This document shows, piece by piece, positions 1 through 9,243 of a stretch of 64,000 nucleotides of DNA. Each line of letters opens with the position of its first letter. Positions within the stretch are counted from its first letter, which is position 1. The notes under the pieces were generated by a model. The model saw only the letters and a list, made by a program, of their open reading frames with translations, searched no databases and had not been told where the DNA came from. The DNA comes from Planctomycetota bacterium (lineage in GTDB: Bacteria > Planctomycetota > SZUA-567 > H5-PLA8): the NCBI GenBank assembly GCA_038227875.1, contig JBBRPR010000005.1, positions 32,001 to 96,000 on the forward strand, given 5' to 3'. The position numbers were made by a program, and so were the translations under genes.

Positions 1-1270
1 TCAGCCACGTCGGATTGACGAATTCGCCCATCTTCTTCTTGTCGCTGGTGAACATCACCAATGGAAATACGGCGAAGGAAAGCTGGACGCTCAAGACCAC
101 CTGGCTGAGCACGATCAGCTTGTCGACGGCGGTTTCGCCGGCGACGATCGCGACGATGACGGCCGGCACGATCGCCAGCAACCGCGTGATCAGTCGGCGC
201 ATCCACGGGCGCAGGCGGATGTTCATGAAGCCTTCCATCACGATCTGGCCGGCCAGCGTTCCCGTCAGCGTCGAGTTCTGTCCCGATGCCAGCAGCGCCA
301 GCGCGAAGATGATGCTCGCCGCCGTCGCGCCGACCATCGGCGTGAGCAGCTCGTACGCTTCCTCGATGCCTTCAACGGGCTTGTTGGCGGTGTGAAAGAC
401 GGCAGCGGCGACAATCAGGATCGCGGCGTTGATGAACAGCGCCATCATCAGCGCGAGCGTCGAATCGATGGTGGCGAACTTGATCGCCTCGGCTTTCCCC
501 TCGGATGTTTGTTCGAATTTGCGGGTCTGGACGATGGATGAATGCAGATACAGATTATGCGGCATCACTGTCGCGCCGAGGATGCCGATGCCGACGTAGA
601 GCATCTCCTTGTTGCGCAGAATTTCCGGACTCGGAATGAAGCCGAGGAACAGTTCCGACACCACCGGCTTGGAGAAAATGATCTCCGCAAAGAAACAGCC
701 GCCGATAACCAGGATGAGCGTCACCACCAGCGCCTCCAGGTAACGAAACCCAAGATGCGAGAGGTACATCACGATCAGCACGTCCAATCCCGTAATACAA
801 ACGCCGTAAACGATGGGAATATGGAAGAGCAGTTTGAGTGCGATGGCCGAGCCGATGACTTCGGCCAGATCGCACGCGCAGATCGCGATTTCGCAGGTGA
901 TCCAGAGGAAGATTGCGACGGGGCGCGAGTAATGATCGCGACAGGCCTGCGCCAGATCTCGGCCGGTGACAATGCCAAGCTTCAAGCACAGCGACTGCAG
1001 CAGGATCGCCATCAGATTGGACATGAAAATGACGGAGAGCAACGTGTAGCCAAACTTCGAGCCGCCCTGGATATCCGTCGCCCAGTTTCCCGGATCCATG
1101 TACCCAACGGCCACCAGAAACCCCGGCCCGGAGAACGCGAAGAGTTTCCGCCAGAAACCCATGCCCTTGGGAATTGTCACCGAGCGGTGATTTTCAGGCA
1201 GACTGGGTGCGGGCGAGGCCGAATGCCACCCGCTCTCCCCCGTCACTGCGCCATCCGGCACGTCACTCAT
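1..1270 (-). CDS. mntH: Nramp family Mn2+/Fe2+ transporter, 3' end outside the window
   Basis: Manual minus-strand translation gives MSDVPDG...FWRKLFAFSGPGFLVAVGYMDPGNWATD (Nramp DPGN motif) and later GQNSTLTGTLAGQIVMEGF. ATG 1270 has GGGAG about 8 nt upstream (alternative ATG 1276). Absent from the ORF track because it is truncated. Confidence 0.93.
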   Translation of the reverse strand, partial: MSDVPDGAVTGESGWHSASPAPSLPENHRSVTIPKGMGFWRKLFAFSGPGFLVAVGYMDPGNWATDIQGGSKFGYTLLSVIFMSNLMAILLQSLCLKLGIVTGRDLAQACRDHYSRPVAIFLWITCEIAICACDLAEVIGSAIALKLLFHIPIVYGVCITGLDVLIVMYLSHLGFRYLEALVVTLILVIGGCFFAEIIFSKPVVSELFLGFIPSPEILRNKEMLYVGIGILGATVMPHNLYLHSSIVQTRKFEQTSEGKAEAIKFATIDSTLALMMALFINAAILIVAAAVFHTANKPVEGIEEAYELLTPMVGATAASIIFALALLASGQNSTLTGTLAGQIVMEGFMNIRLRPWMRRLITRLLAIVPAVIVAIVAGETAVDKLIVLSQVVLSVQLSFAVFPLVMFTSDKKKMGEFVNPTWL

Positions 1271-1303
1271 TTCCATCACTCCCGTTCACTGCTAAGGTCA
1301 GTA

Positions 1304-1343
1304 AATGTTTCTCTCGGCTAACTAATGTTTCTCACGGCTAACT
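1304..1343. promoter_or_regulatory. Two tandem 20-bp DtxR/MntR-type operator boxes upstream of mntH
   Basis: AATGTTTCTCTCGGCTAACT (1304-1323) and AATGTTTCTCACGGCTAACT (1324-1343). Imperfect dyad, and a third copy lies upstream of mntR. Confidence 0.75.
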
Positions 1344-1382
1344 TATTTCCAACGTTAAAGGCACAACCTGCACTCTTGCTGT

Positions 1383-1910
1383 TTACACTCTGGAGATCCA
1401 CGCCCGCGATGAACGCGGTTTGCGCGGCCCTGCGTCCACGCGCTTGCCAACTCCGGCCCGGAAGCCCGCGACCGTGCGCTGGCCGTGCTGTTCGAGATAG
1501 TCGATGAACTTCACCAGCCGTTCCACCGTTTCGTGGCTGATCGCGTGCTCCATCAGGCAGGCATCATGCTCGGCCAGATCCGGCGGCAGGGTCAGCACCT
1601 GCTGCAGGAACCGCGTCAGCGCCTGGTGGCTGCGAACCTGCGCTTGAGCCACTTGCCGGCCGCGCGGCGTCACCGTCGCGCCGCCATAGCGCGTGTGCGT
1701 CACAAGACCCTGCCGCTTGAGACGCTGAATCGCCTTCGACACGCTGGGCTTCTTGACGCCAATCGCCTCCGCGATCGTGGAGACCCGCGAAACCCCGTTG
1801 GTCCCCGAGAGCGTGTAAATCGCCTCGAGGTAGTCCTCCATATTCGCCGACAACCGCCGCGCGCCCGCGCGATTGCTGTCGGGCTGAGAATTCGCCTGCC
1901 GTGCGCTCAT
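1383..1910 (-). CDS. mntR: DtxR/MntR family metal-dependent repressor
   Basis: MEDYLEAIY...IAEAIGVKKPSVSKAIQRL HTH and EHDACLMEHAIS metal site; adjacent to mntH. Confidence 0.9.
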   Translation of the reverse strand: MSARQANSQPDSNRAGARRLSANMEDYLEAIYTLSGTNGVSRVSTIAEAIGVKKPSVSKAIQRLKRQGLVTHTRYGGATVTPRGRQVAQAQVRSHQALTRFLQQVLTLPPDLAEHDACLMEHAISHETVERLVKFIDYLEQHGQRTVAGFRAGVGKRVDAGPRKPRSSRAWISRV

Positions 1911-1930
1911 GTCAATCCGCCAAAGTGAAT

Positions 1931-1978
1931 AATGTTTCCTGCGGCTAACAATGGTAGGGGGGCCCTGGCGTGTGTCAA
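1931..1978 (-). promoter_or_regulatory. Sigma70-like promoter of mntR with an adjoining operator box
   Basis: Minus strand TTGACA (1978-1973), 16 nt, TACCAT (1956-1951), followed directly by the box AATGTTTCCTGCGGCTAACA (1931-1950). Confidence 0.7.
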
Positions 1979-1990
1979 GTCATGCTTTTC

Positions 1991-2156
1991 GTAGTCCGGG
2001 CGGCTCGCCCGGAGAATCTCCTCAAATTCAAAAGTCATTCGGACTTTAGGAATCGCACTCTACCGCGAAAGCAAGGAATACCTTCTAGGGCAGACAGCAA
2101 CACGATGCTTCGCTATCCGCAGTGGATTTGTGACTCCAGGCAAGCCGCCGAACTAC
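1991..2156. repeat. Inverted pair of GTAG-type REP-like palindromes
   Basis: GTAGTCCGGGCGGCTCGCCCGGAGA at 1991-2015, degenerate inverted copy CTCCAGGCAAGCCGCCGAACTAC at 2134-2156, and an exact reverse complement at 31119-31143. Confidence 0.7.
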
Positions 2157-2190
2157 AAAAAGCAACGCGCGGAGCAATTGCTCCGCGCGT
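2157..2190 (-). terminator. Intrinsic terminator after the 1377-aa gene
   Basis: Perfect 26-bp palindrome ACGCGCGGAGCAATTGCTCCGCGCGT (2165-2190) followed on the minus strand by TGCTTTTT. Confidence 0.7.
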
Positions 2191-2217
2191 CACGATCGGT
2201 CCACGACTTTCAGCAGC

Positions 2218-5200
2218 TTACGGCTTGAGCGTTGCCGTCCCGCTCTTGCCCTTCGCCGCTTTGTAACTGGCCTTGAGCGTTGCCAGGAAGGCGCTGCCGC
2301 CGACATTCAGAATCACCGGCACGCCCGAGATCGTCTGCGCGGTCTTGATGTCCGCGTTGGTGAAGCCCAGCGATGAGACGCCGGCGAAGATCGACGTCTT
2401 GGTCAGGCTCAGCGAGAACTTCAACGTCGGGCTCGTGAACGATCCGTCCTTGGCCTTCTTGCCCGTGAGCTTCAGGGCCGACTTGCCCTTCGCATCGAAC
2501 GAGAACTGCTTCGCGAAGGAACCGATGATCACGGTCACGCTTTTGCCATTGGGCTTGAATCCCGCACCGATTGGAATCGTACCCGCCAGCGACAACGCGT
2601 CCGAGTTGGCGCTCTTGAAGTTGAACTTCAGCGTGCCCTTGGTCACCGTCAACGCCGTGTTCGTCGGCCCGCCAGGCCCGCTGTCGTTGACCGCCACCAT
2701 CACGCCCGATGTGACGCTGGCAATGCCGTCGGAGACCGTCAGCGTTACCGAGTACACACCCGCGGCCGTGTAGGTGTGCGTGATCGGCGAACCGAAGTCG
2801 GTCGTGCCGTCGCCGAAGTCCCAGGTGTACAGAATCGCATCGTTGTCCGCGTCCGTGGCGGTGGCCACCAGCGTGACAGGACTGCCGGTGCTGCCCGGAT
2901 TCGGCGAAGCGATGGGCGCCGAAGCGATCACCGGCGCGGTGTTGGCTCCGGTGCCGGTGCGGGTGATCGTCAGCACGACATTCTTCGTAATCGTACCCGC
3001 GGAATTCGTGGCCGTGATTCGGAATGATGTGATTCCGCCTTGCGTCGGGATGCCGGAGATCGTGTCGGTGTCGAACGTCAGCCCCGTCGGGAGCCCGCCA
3101 AGCGTATAGGTGATCGGCTGCGAACCGTTGGCCGTGATCTGATAGCTGAAGCCCTGCCCGACGGTGGCCGTCGCCGTCGCGGGGCTGGTGATCACGGGCA
3201 GCGACGGATTGATGACCTGCGTCAGCGCCGCCGAGGTCGTGGTGCCGAAGTTCGCATCGCCGGAGTAGATCGCCGTGATGCTGTGGCTGCCGGCCGAGAG
3301 CGTGGAAATAGAGAACGAAGCCGTCGTCGCGCTGCCCACGGTGGTGACCGCCGCGCTGCCCAGCACCAGGCCGCCATCGCTGAAGGTGACCACGCCCGTC
3401 GGAACCGGCGGCGGTGTCGCCGTCAGCGTGGCAGTATAGGTGATGCTCTGCTGGAAGCCCGCCGGGTTGGCGGACGATCCCAGCGTGATCGGCGGCGGCA
3501 GCGGATTGACGGTGACCGCGATCGTCGACGTCGAGTTCCCGTTGGCGCTGTCGATGATCGTCACCTTCACGTTCTTGACGCCCGTGGTCATGAACGTGTT
3601 GCTCAAGTTAAACGTATTTGCGGCGCTCAACGTCAGCGTCTGCGGTCCGTTGCCGTCATCGTAGTCGACCTTGCCGGTGAAGGTGTCCGGTCCGTTCGGA
3701 TCGGTAAAGGAACCCGCCTGCGCGAAAACGCTACCGACGGTGACGTTGGCAGTGGCCGGCAGGGTGATGGTGGGTGCTACGTTGAACGTGGCGCTGAAGA
3801 CGTCGAGCGTGGCGCCGTTGGTATCGTTCGCCACCAGGTCGGAAGCCGAACTGCTGAACATGGCGGTGAATCCATTGCCGCTCAGTTCAGGAAATTGAGA
3901 GGCGCTGTTGCCCGACTGCGTCAGGTCGTTTTTGATGCTCAGGAGAATCGTCGAACTGGTCTGGCAATCCCGGCGGAAGACATCGGTCTGCGCATTGGAA
4001 TCCGTAAACGTGACGAGGTCCGTGGCGTTGCTTTCAAAGGCGACGAAACGCCCATCGTCGCTGATGCGCGCATTTTGAGAATTGGCGAACATCGTGGCCG
4101 ACGGAGAATTGCCGCCGTTGATGGCGCTGACGACGATTGTTTTGGTCGCGGTTGCATCGTTCATATCGCGGCGGAAAATGTCCGTGGAGCCATTTGTGTC
4201 CGCTGCCGCGACAAAATTTGTGCCGTCGCTGACAAAGACCACATAACGGCCGTCCTGGCTGATCGAACAACCCGAAGCATTGCCGGCTTCAGCCGTGGCG
4301 CTCGGAAATTTCGCTTCACTGGCCACCTTCGTCGCATTGGTCTGGGTATCGCGCCGGAAAATAACGGTGTTGGTTCCGGCGGTGGCATTGGCGTTCAAGT
4401 TCTTCGCGGCGGATTGAAACGCCACGAAATGTCCATCGCTATTGATGACCGGATTGGTGGACGCACCCGTCGTCCCAGGTGTGGTCGTGGTGCCATCCGC
4501 GGAGCTGACCAGCACCACGCCGTTGGGGTTCTGGCGATCCCACAACCAGATCTGCGAGGTCCCGTTTCCAACGCCGGCGCCTGGTCCCAGATCGGAGGCA
4601 TTGCAGTCAAAGGCCACAAATCGTCCGTCGGCGCTCATCACCGCGTTGAACGATCCGCCGCCGGTGGTGGGTGTGCCGGTCCCGGCGGAATTCACCGTCA
4701 CCAGCGTCGTCGTATTATTCACGCAGTCGCGAAGGTAGTACTTCGACTGGCTGGTCACTGTAGGCTTCGTGGGATCCAGCGCTGTGGATCCGTCGTGAAA
4801 GAAGAGCACATAGCGGCCATCCTGGCTGACGGCCTGGGTCTGCGTATTGAAATCCGCCACATCGGAGGCCTGGGTCACCGCGCCACTCTTTACGCCGATG
4901 GCGGTGGTCACGCCCGTTTGCAGATCGCGCCGATAACATCGCTGCCGGGACGTCAGACCAAAGGACAGAAGATTGGTGGCCTGGCTGTTAAACACCACCA
5001 CGCGTCCGTCGGCACTGATGATTGCATCGTCGGAGAAACTGTTGCCAGGCGCCGAATTGTCCGGAATCGCAGAGACCAACTGCGTCGTGCTCGTGCGCAA
5101 ATCACGCACAAATACGTCCTGTTGATTGACGTTGTGATTGGTGACCAGATCGGTCGCGAAACTTCTGAAGGTAATGTAGCGTCCGTCAGTGCTGATGGTG

Positions 5201-6351
5201 CGATTGGTGCTCGTCACGGCCTGAGTGCTGCCGATCGTGGGCGGAACGCTGCTGCCCGATCCCGTGCCCGACGCGCCCAGCGGCGTCGCCGAGACAAGCT
5301 TCACGTACGAGTTCGACGTCTGTCCGCCCACTACCAGCGTAGCGGTGATGGAGGTCGTCGAGCCGGCAGTGTTGGTCACCACACAGTCGTACAGCGCGGC
5401 GTCCGCGGCCGCAGCCGTGGAAATGGTGAGCGTCGTCGTGGTGACACCGGAATAGTGTCCCGCGTTGGTCAGATTCGAGCCGTTCTTGCGCCATTGAAAA
5501 CTGACCGCGCCTGTCGCGGCAATCGTAAACGTCGCGGTACCGTTGGGCGCAACCAACTGGTCCACCGGCTGCGTTGTAATCTTCGGCTTGTTCGCCACAG
5601 TCAGATTGGTCACGCTCAGCGATGCCGTGCGCGGGCCGCCGGAACCGGCGGCGCGCTTGTCGAAGCAGGTCGCGGTGACGTCGTACGCGCCGTTGGCCAG
5701 CGTGGTCGTGTCAAGCGTGGCCGCGAAGGCAGCGGCGGTGGTGCTGGTAAAGGTCTTGATCACCGTCTGCGTGCCGGCGGTCTTGAAAATGTAATCCACG
5801 CGCGTGATGCCCACCGGGCTGCCGTTGGCCGTGGTGCTCAGCGCTACGGATGCGCCAACCGACCCCTGCAGCGTAGCGTTGTTGCTCAGACCCATCAGCG
5901 CGGTCATCGTTGGCGCGGGCGGAAAGCTGTTAACGTCGCTGGGATTGGAAACGAGCGCCGAATTGCCGGGGTTCATCTGGCCGACCATGAACGCGCCGCT
6001 GGGATCCTGCAGGTCCTCACCGTTGGTGAAGCCGTCGCCGTCGGAGTCCAACGCCGCGAACGCCGCGCTCCAGTTGTGATTGTTGGTCGCGTTGCCAAAG
6101 GTGTTCTTGAAGGCATTGTTGCTCGTCGCCGAACCAGGTCCGCCGGTGCCGTGGCAGGTATTACAACTGTTCACGCCGCTGTTGGGAATGTTGGCGAGGT
6201 ATGCGCCGAAGGCGTTCGTATCAGTTGGGTAAAGCAACCAGTATCCGGCGCTGGCGACCAATGCCAAGGCAAGCGGCACCAGCACGACCTTTCGTGTGCT
6301 GCCCCGCGTTTTCCTGACCATTCTGTCCACACGCCGTCCTGATTTGTTCAT
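2218..6351 (-). CDS. Large secreted multidomain protein: temptin-like/CxxCH N-domain, Ig-like, TolB/PD40-like propeller, PKD, Big, putative Ig, PKD, Lys-rich C-terminal domain
   Basis: N-terminal hydrophobic segment, CNTCH, LDSDGDGFTNGEDL, repeated ISxDGRxVxF blades, YSGDANF (Big) and YTWDFGDG (PKD). Confidence 0.85.
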   Translation of the reverse strand: MNKSGRRVDRMVRKTRGSTRKVVLVPLALALVASAGYWLLYPTDTNAFGAYLANIPNSGVNSCNTCHGTGGPGSATSNNAFKNTFGNATNNHNWSAAFAALDSDGDGFTNGEDLQDPSGAFMVGQMNPGNSALVSNPSDVNSFPPAPTMTALMGLSNNATLQGSVGASVALSTTANGSPVGITRVDYIFKTAGTQTVIKTFTSTTAAAFAATLDTTTLANGAYDVTATCFDKRAAGSGGPRTASLSVTNLTVANKPKITTQPVDQLVAPNGTATFTIAATGAVSFQWRKNGSNLTNAGHYSGVTTTTLTISTAAAADAALYDCVVTNTAGSTTSITATLVVGGQTSNSYVKLVSATPLGASGTGSGSSVPPTIGSTQAVTSTNRTISTDGRYITFRSFATDLVTNHNVNQQDVFVRDLRTSTTQLVSAIPDNSAPGNSFSDDAIISADGRVVVFNSQATNLLSFGLTSRQRCYRRDLQTGVTTAIGVKSGAVTQASDVADFNTQTQAVSQDGRYVLFFHDGSTALDPTKPTVTSQSKYYLRDCVNNTTTLVTVNSAGTGTPTTGGGSFNAVMSADGRFVAFDCNASDLGPGAGVGNGTSQIWLWDRQNPNGVVLVSSADGTTTTPGTTGASTNPVINSDGHFVAFQSAAKNLNANATAGTNTVIFRRDTQTNATKVASEAKFPSATAEAGNASGCSISQDGRYVVFVSDGTNFVAAADTNGSTDIFRRDMNDATATKTIVVSAINGGNSPSATMFANSQNARISDDGRFVAFESNATDLVTFTDSNAQTDVFRRDCQTSSTILLSIKNDLTQSGNSASQFPELSGNGFTAMFSSSASDLVANDTNGATLDVFSATFNVAPTITLPATANVTVGSVFAQAGSFTDPNGPDTFTGKVDYDDGNGPQTLTLSAANTFNLSNTFMTTGVKNVKVTIIDSANGNSTSTIAVTVNPLPPPITLGSSANPAGFQQSITYTATLTATPPPVPTGVVTFSDGGLVLGSAAVTTVGSATTASFSISTLSAGSHSITAIYSGDANFGTTTSAALTQVINPSLPVITSPATATATVGQGFSYQITANGSQPITYTLGGLPTGLTFDTDTISGIPTQGGITSFRITATNSAGTITKNVVLTITRTGTGANTAPVIASAPIASPNPGSTGSPVTLVATATDADNDAILYTWDFGDGTTDFGSPITHTYTAAGVYSVTLTVSDGIASVTSGVMVAVNDSGPGGPTNTALTVTKGTLKFNFKSANSDALSLAGTIPIGAGFKPNGKSVTVIIGSFAKQFSFDAKGKSALKLTGKKAKDGSFTSPTLKFSLSLTKTSIFAGVSSLGFTNADIKTAQTISGVPVILNVGGSAFLATLKASYKAAKGKSGTATLKP

Positions 6352-6511
6352 GATATCTCCCTATTCACTGGACCGCTCGTGAGTTTTAACCCGTGAATTA
6401 ACTGTGTTCGAAGGCGGCAAATTGTATCACCCAGAATCTTTCGTGCAGTAAAAACAAGTCAGAACACGCGGAAATTCCGGCAATGGTTTCTGATTGGAAA
6501 GAATATTTTGA

Positions 6512-7336
6512 CTATTTGCTGCCTGCTCGCTTGCGGAATTCGCGCGGACTGACGCCGTAACGGCCGCTGAACAGCTTTGAAAAGTAGAAGAGATCGTCGT
6601 ACCCGACTTCGCGAGCCACGTCCGTCACCCGCAGGTTCCGGTCGCGCAGGAGGTAGGCGGCCTGCTGCAGGCGCTGGCCGATGACATAGGCCATCACCGA
6701 CGTCCCGAAATTCTTCCGGAACTGGCTGCACACGTGCGGCACTGAAAGATGCACGCGATGGGCGAGATCCTCCAGCGCCATAGGCAGCGGGTAGTTCGCG
6801 TCGATGTACGTTTTCAGTTCCAGCATTTCTTTGGAGATCGCGTGCTTGCGCGGATCGCCGCGGACGGCGCGGCTGATCTCGCACATCCAGTTGTCGATCA
6901 GGTTGCAGACGATCTTCTCGCTGGGCTTCACGAACTGGCTCAATTCTTCATGGATGCTGAAGAGGTACTTCTCCATGATCGTCGCGTCGGGCAGCATGAT
7001 CGCGGAATTGAACGGCAGGCGATGCGCTTTCACCGTGCGGCGGATGAACTGGCCGTCGCAATGCATCCACGAATGTTTGTACGGCGTCTTCGTGTTGCCG
7101 TAGAAGTGACCGTCCTCCGGCCGCCAGATCATCAGCACGCCGGGCGGATGCGTACGCTTGCCGGCCTTCGATTCGATCACGACTTCGTCATAAAAGTACA
7201 TGATCAGAAAATCGCCGGTGCCCGCCGGACGATTGATGATCTGCGGGCGCATCTGCTCCTGAATACCTATGCCGTGAATGGCCAGTCGGCGCGATTGCAG
7301 GGGCGGTGAGGTGAAAAAGTAGCGTAGCGGCGTCAT
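6512..7336 (-). CDS. AraC family transcriptional regulator
   Basis: C-terminal double HTH (LEDLAHRVHLS...VAREVGYDDLFYFSKLF...SPREFR); divergent from the sugar operon. Confidence 0.92.
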   Translation of the reverse strand: MTPLRYFFTSPPLQSRRLAIHGIGIQEQMRPQIINRPAGTGDFLIMYFYDEVVIESKAGKRTHPPGVLMIWRPEDGHFYGNTKTPYKHSWMHCDGQFIRRTVKAHRLPFNSAIMLPDATIMEKYLFSIHEELSQFVKPSEKIVCNLIDNWMCEISRAVRGDPRKHAISKEMLELKTYIDANYPLPMALEDLAHRVHLSVPHVCSQFRKNFGTSVMAYVIGQRLQQAAYLLRDRNLRVTDVAREVGYDDLFYFSKLFSGRYGVSPREFRKRAGSK

Positions 7337-7451
7337 GGGCTGATCATTAGAAACTACAAATCTTCAATCAGTTTGTCCATTCCGATTTCACAGGTGCTTT
7401 GTTACCGTTCTGCCTGTTCTGAAGCTGATTGTGGAAGAGGCAACAAAAGTC

Positions 7452-9089
7452 ATGGCCAAATACGCGTTAGGTCTCGATTACGGCACCGAATCCGTCCGTG
7501 CGCTGGTCGTCGATTGCGAGAAGGGCACGGAAGCGGCCGTCGCCGTTCAGTCGTACAAGCATGGCGTGATCTCCGCGCGCCTCCCGGATTCCAACACGGA
7601 TCTGCCGCTCGACTTCGCGCTCCAGCATCCACAGGATTATCTCGACTCCGGCCTGGCCGTGATCGCCGCGGTGCTCAAAGAGATTCCCGCTCGCGAGATC
7701 ATCGGGATCGGCGTCGACTTCACCGCGTGCACGATTCTCCCCATCAAGCGTGACGGCACGCCGCTGATGATGCTCGATCAGTTCCGCGTCAATCCGCACG
7801 CGTGGGTAAAACTTTGGAAGCACCACGCCGCTCAGCCGCAGGCCGATGCGATTTCCAGTCTCGCCCGTTCGCGCGACGAAGCGTTTTTGAAATACTATGG
7901 TGGCGTGATTTCCAGTGAGTGGATGCTGCCCAAGTCCTGGGAAATCGCAAAGCAGGCGTCCGATGTCTATCGCGCGGCCGACCTGATCATCGACGCCGGC
8001 GACTGGCTCGTCTTCCAGCTCACCGGCGCGTTCACGCGCAACGCGTGCGCAGCGGGATACAAGGGCTTTTGGAACGCGGAGCTTGGTTTTCCATCGCGCG
8101 AATTCCTGACCGCGCTCGATCCGGCCATCGCCAATGTCACCGACAAATGGCTGCAGAACATCGTCGCGCCGGGGCGCCGTGCGGGAGCGATCTCCGAAAA
8201 GTTCGCCGCACTAAGCGGCCTGAAAGCGGGCACGCCAGTCTCGGCGGCCACCATCGACGCGCACAGCGGCGTGCCGGGCATGGGTGTCTGCCGCGAAGGC
8301 GCGGCGTCGATCATCATGGGCACGTCGTCGTGCCACATGCTGCTCTCGCGCAAGTTGCACTTTTTCGAAGGCTACGCGGGCGTGACGAAGGACGGCATCG
8401 TGCCGGGATTCTACGGCTACGAATCCGGCCAATCGGCCGTCGGCGACATCTTTGGCTGGTTCGCGAAGTCGGTCGTACAACCTGCTGCCGGCGTCGACGC
8501 CTTCGCCACGCTCTCACGCCGCGCCGCCGAACTGCGCGCCGGCGAGTCGGGCCTAGTAGCGCTCGATTGGATGAACGGCAACCGCAGCATCCTGATGGAC
8601 GCGGACTTAAGCGGCATGATCGTCGGCCTGACCCTCGATTCGAAACCCGAAGAGATCTACCGCGCGCTGATTGAAGGCACGGCCTTCGGCACGCGCATTA
8701 TCTTAAGCGCCTACCAGAGCGCCGGAATTCCCGTCACCGAACTGGCCGTCTGTGGCGGACTAACGAAAGACCCGCTGATCATGCAGATCTACGCCGACGT
8801 GTTGCGCCTGCCGGTGAAAGTCGCCGCGTCGAGCCAGGCCGTGGCGCTCGGCTCATGCATCCTCGGCGCGCTGGCCGCCGGCCCCGAACACGGCGGCTTC
8901 AACACCATGGAAGACGCCATCGCCCGCATGACGCGCCCTCCCGAACGGGCGTACACACCAGAGGCGCAATCGTCCACCGCATACGAGAAATTGTTCGCGA
9001 TCTACAAGCATTGCCACGACCACTTTGGCCGCGAGCATTCGCGGGTGATGAAGGAGCTGAAGGCGTTGAAGCGGCTTGCGCGAGATTGA
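7452..9089 (+). CDS. araB: Ribulokinase (FGGY family)
   Basis: LGLDYGTESVRAL, GVDFTACT, KLWKHHAAQ, SSEW, IDAH, GTSSCH and ALDWMNGNR. ATG 7452 follows GAAGAGG. Confidence 0.9.
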   Translation: MAKYALGLDYGTESVRALVVDCEKGTEAAVAVQSYKHGVISARLPDSNTDLPLDFALQHPQDYLDSGLAVIAAVLKEIPAREIIGIGVDFTACTILPIKRDGTPLMMLDQFRVNPHAWVKLWKHHAAQPQADAISSLARSRDEAFLKYYGGVISSEWMLPKSWEIAKQASDVYRAADLIIDAGDWLVFQLTGAFTRNACAAGYKGFWNAELGFPSREFLTALDPAIANVTDKWLQNIVAPGRRAGAISEKFAALSGLKAGTPVSAATIDAHSGVPGMGVCREGAASIIMGTSSCHMLLSRKLHFFEGYAGVTKDGIVPGFYGYESGQSAVGDIFGWFAKSVVQPAAGVDAFATLSRRAAELRAGESGLVALDWMNGNRSILMDADLSGMIVGLTLDSKPEEIYRALIEGTAFGTRIILSAYQSAGIPVTELAVCGGLTKDPLIMQIYADVLRLPVKVAASSQAVALGSCILGALAAGPEHGGFNTMEDAIARMTRPPERAYTPEAQSSTAYEKLFAIYKHCHDHFGREHSRVMKELKALKRLARD

Positions 9090-9095
9090 GTTTCT

Positions 9096-9216
9096 AATCT
9101 CACGCAACGCCGCGAAGCCGTAAAGAACGGCTTACAGATTACTGCTGTCGTTGTGTTGGAGTTTCAACTCAAAGTCCGTTGCTGTTCTTAGCGTCTTTGC
9201 GGCTTTGCGTGAGATT
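9096..9216. repeat. Intergenic inverted-repeat element, family A
   Basis: Left arm AATCTCACGCAACGCCGCGAAGCCGTAAAGAAC, right arm GTTCTTAGCGTCTTTGCGGCTTTGCGTGAGATT; homologous to 11921-12068. Confidence 0.75.
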
Positions 9217-9243
9217 AAAAACCGCTGCGAAATGGGGTGAACC

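Noticed and set aside
15..1321. + strand ORFs 15-395 and 542-1321
   Set aside because: Antisense to mntH, whose frame carries clear Nramp motifs.
2016..2133. Possible riboswitch (yybP-ykoY or c-di-GMP) near mntR
   Set aside because: No consensus recognised. It lies upstream of the mntR promoter and is explained as the spacer of a REP doublet. An Rfam scan would settle it.
3040..6342. 1100-aa + strand ORF and many similar long ORFs (e.g. 15060-16925, 36601-38553, 42748-45141)
   Set aside because: Antisense shadows of well-supported genes in high-GC DNA; Arg/Gly-rich with no motifs.
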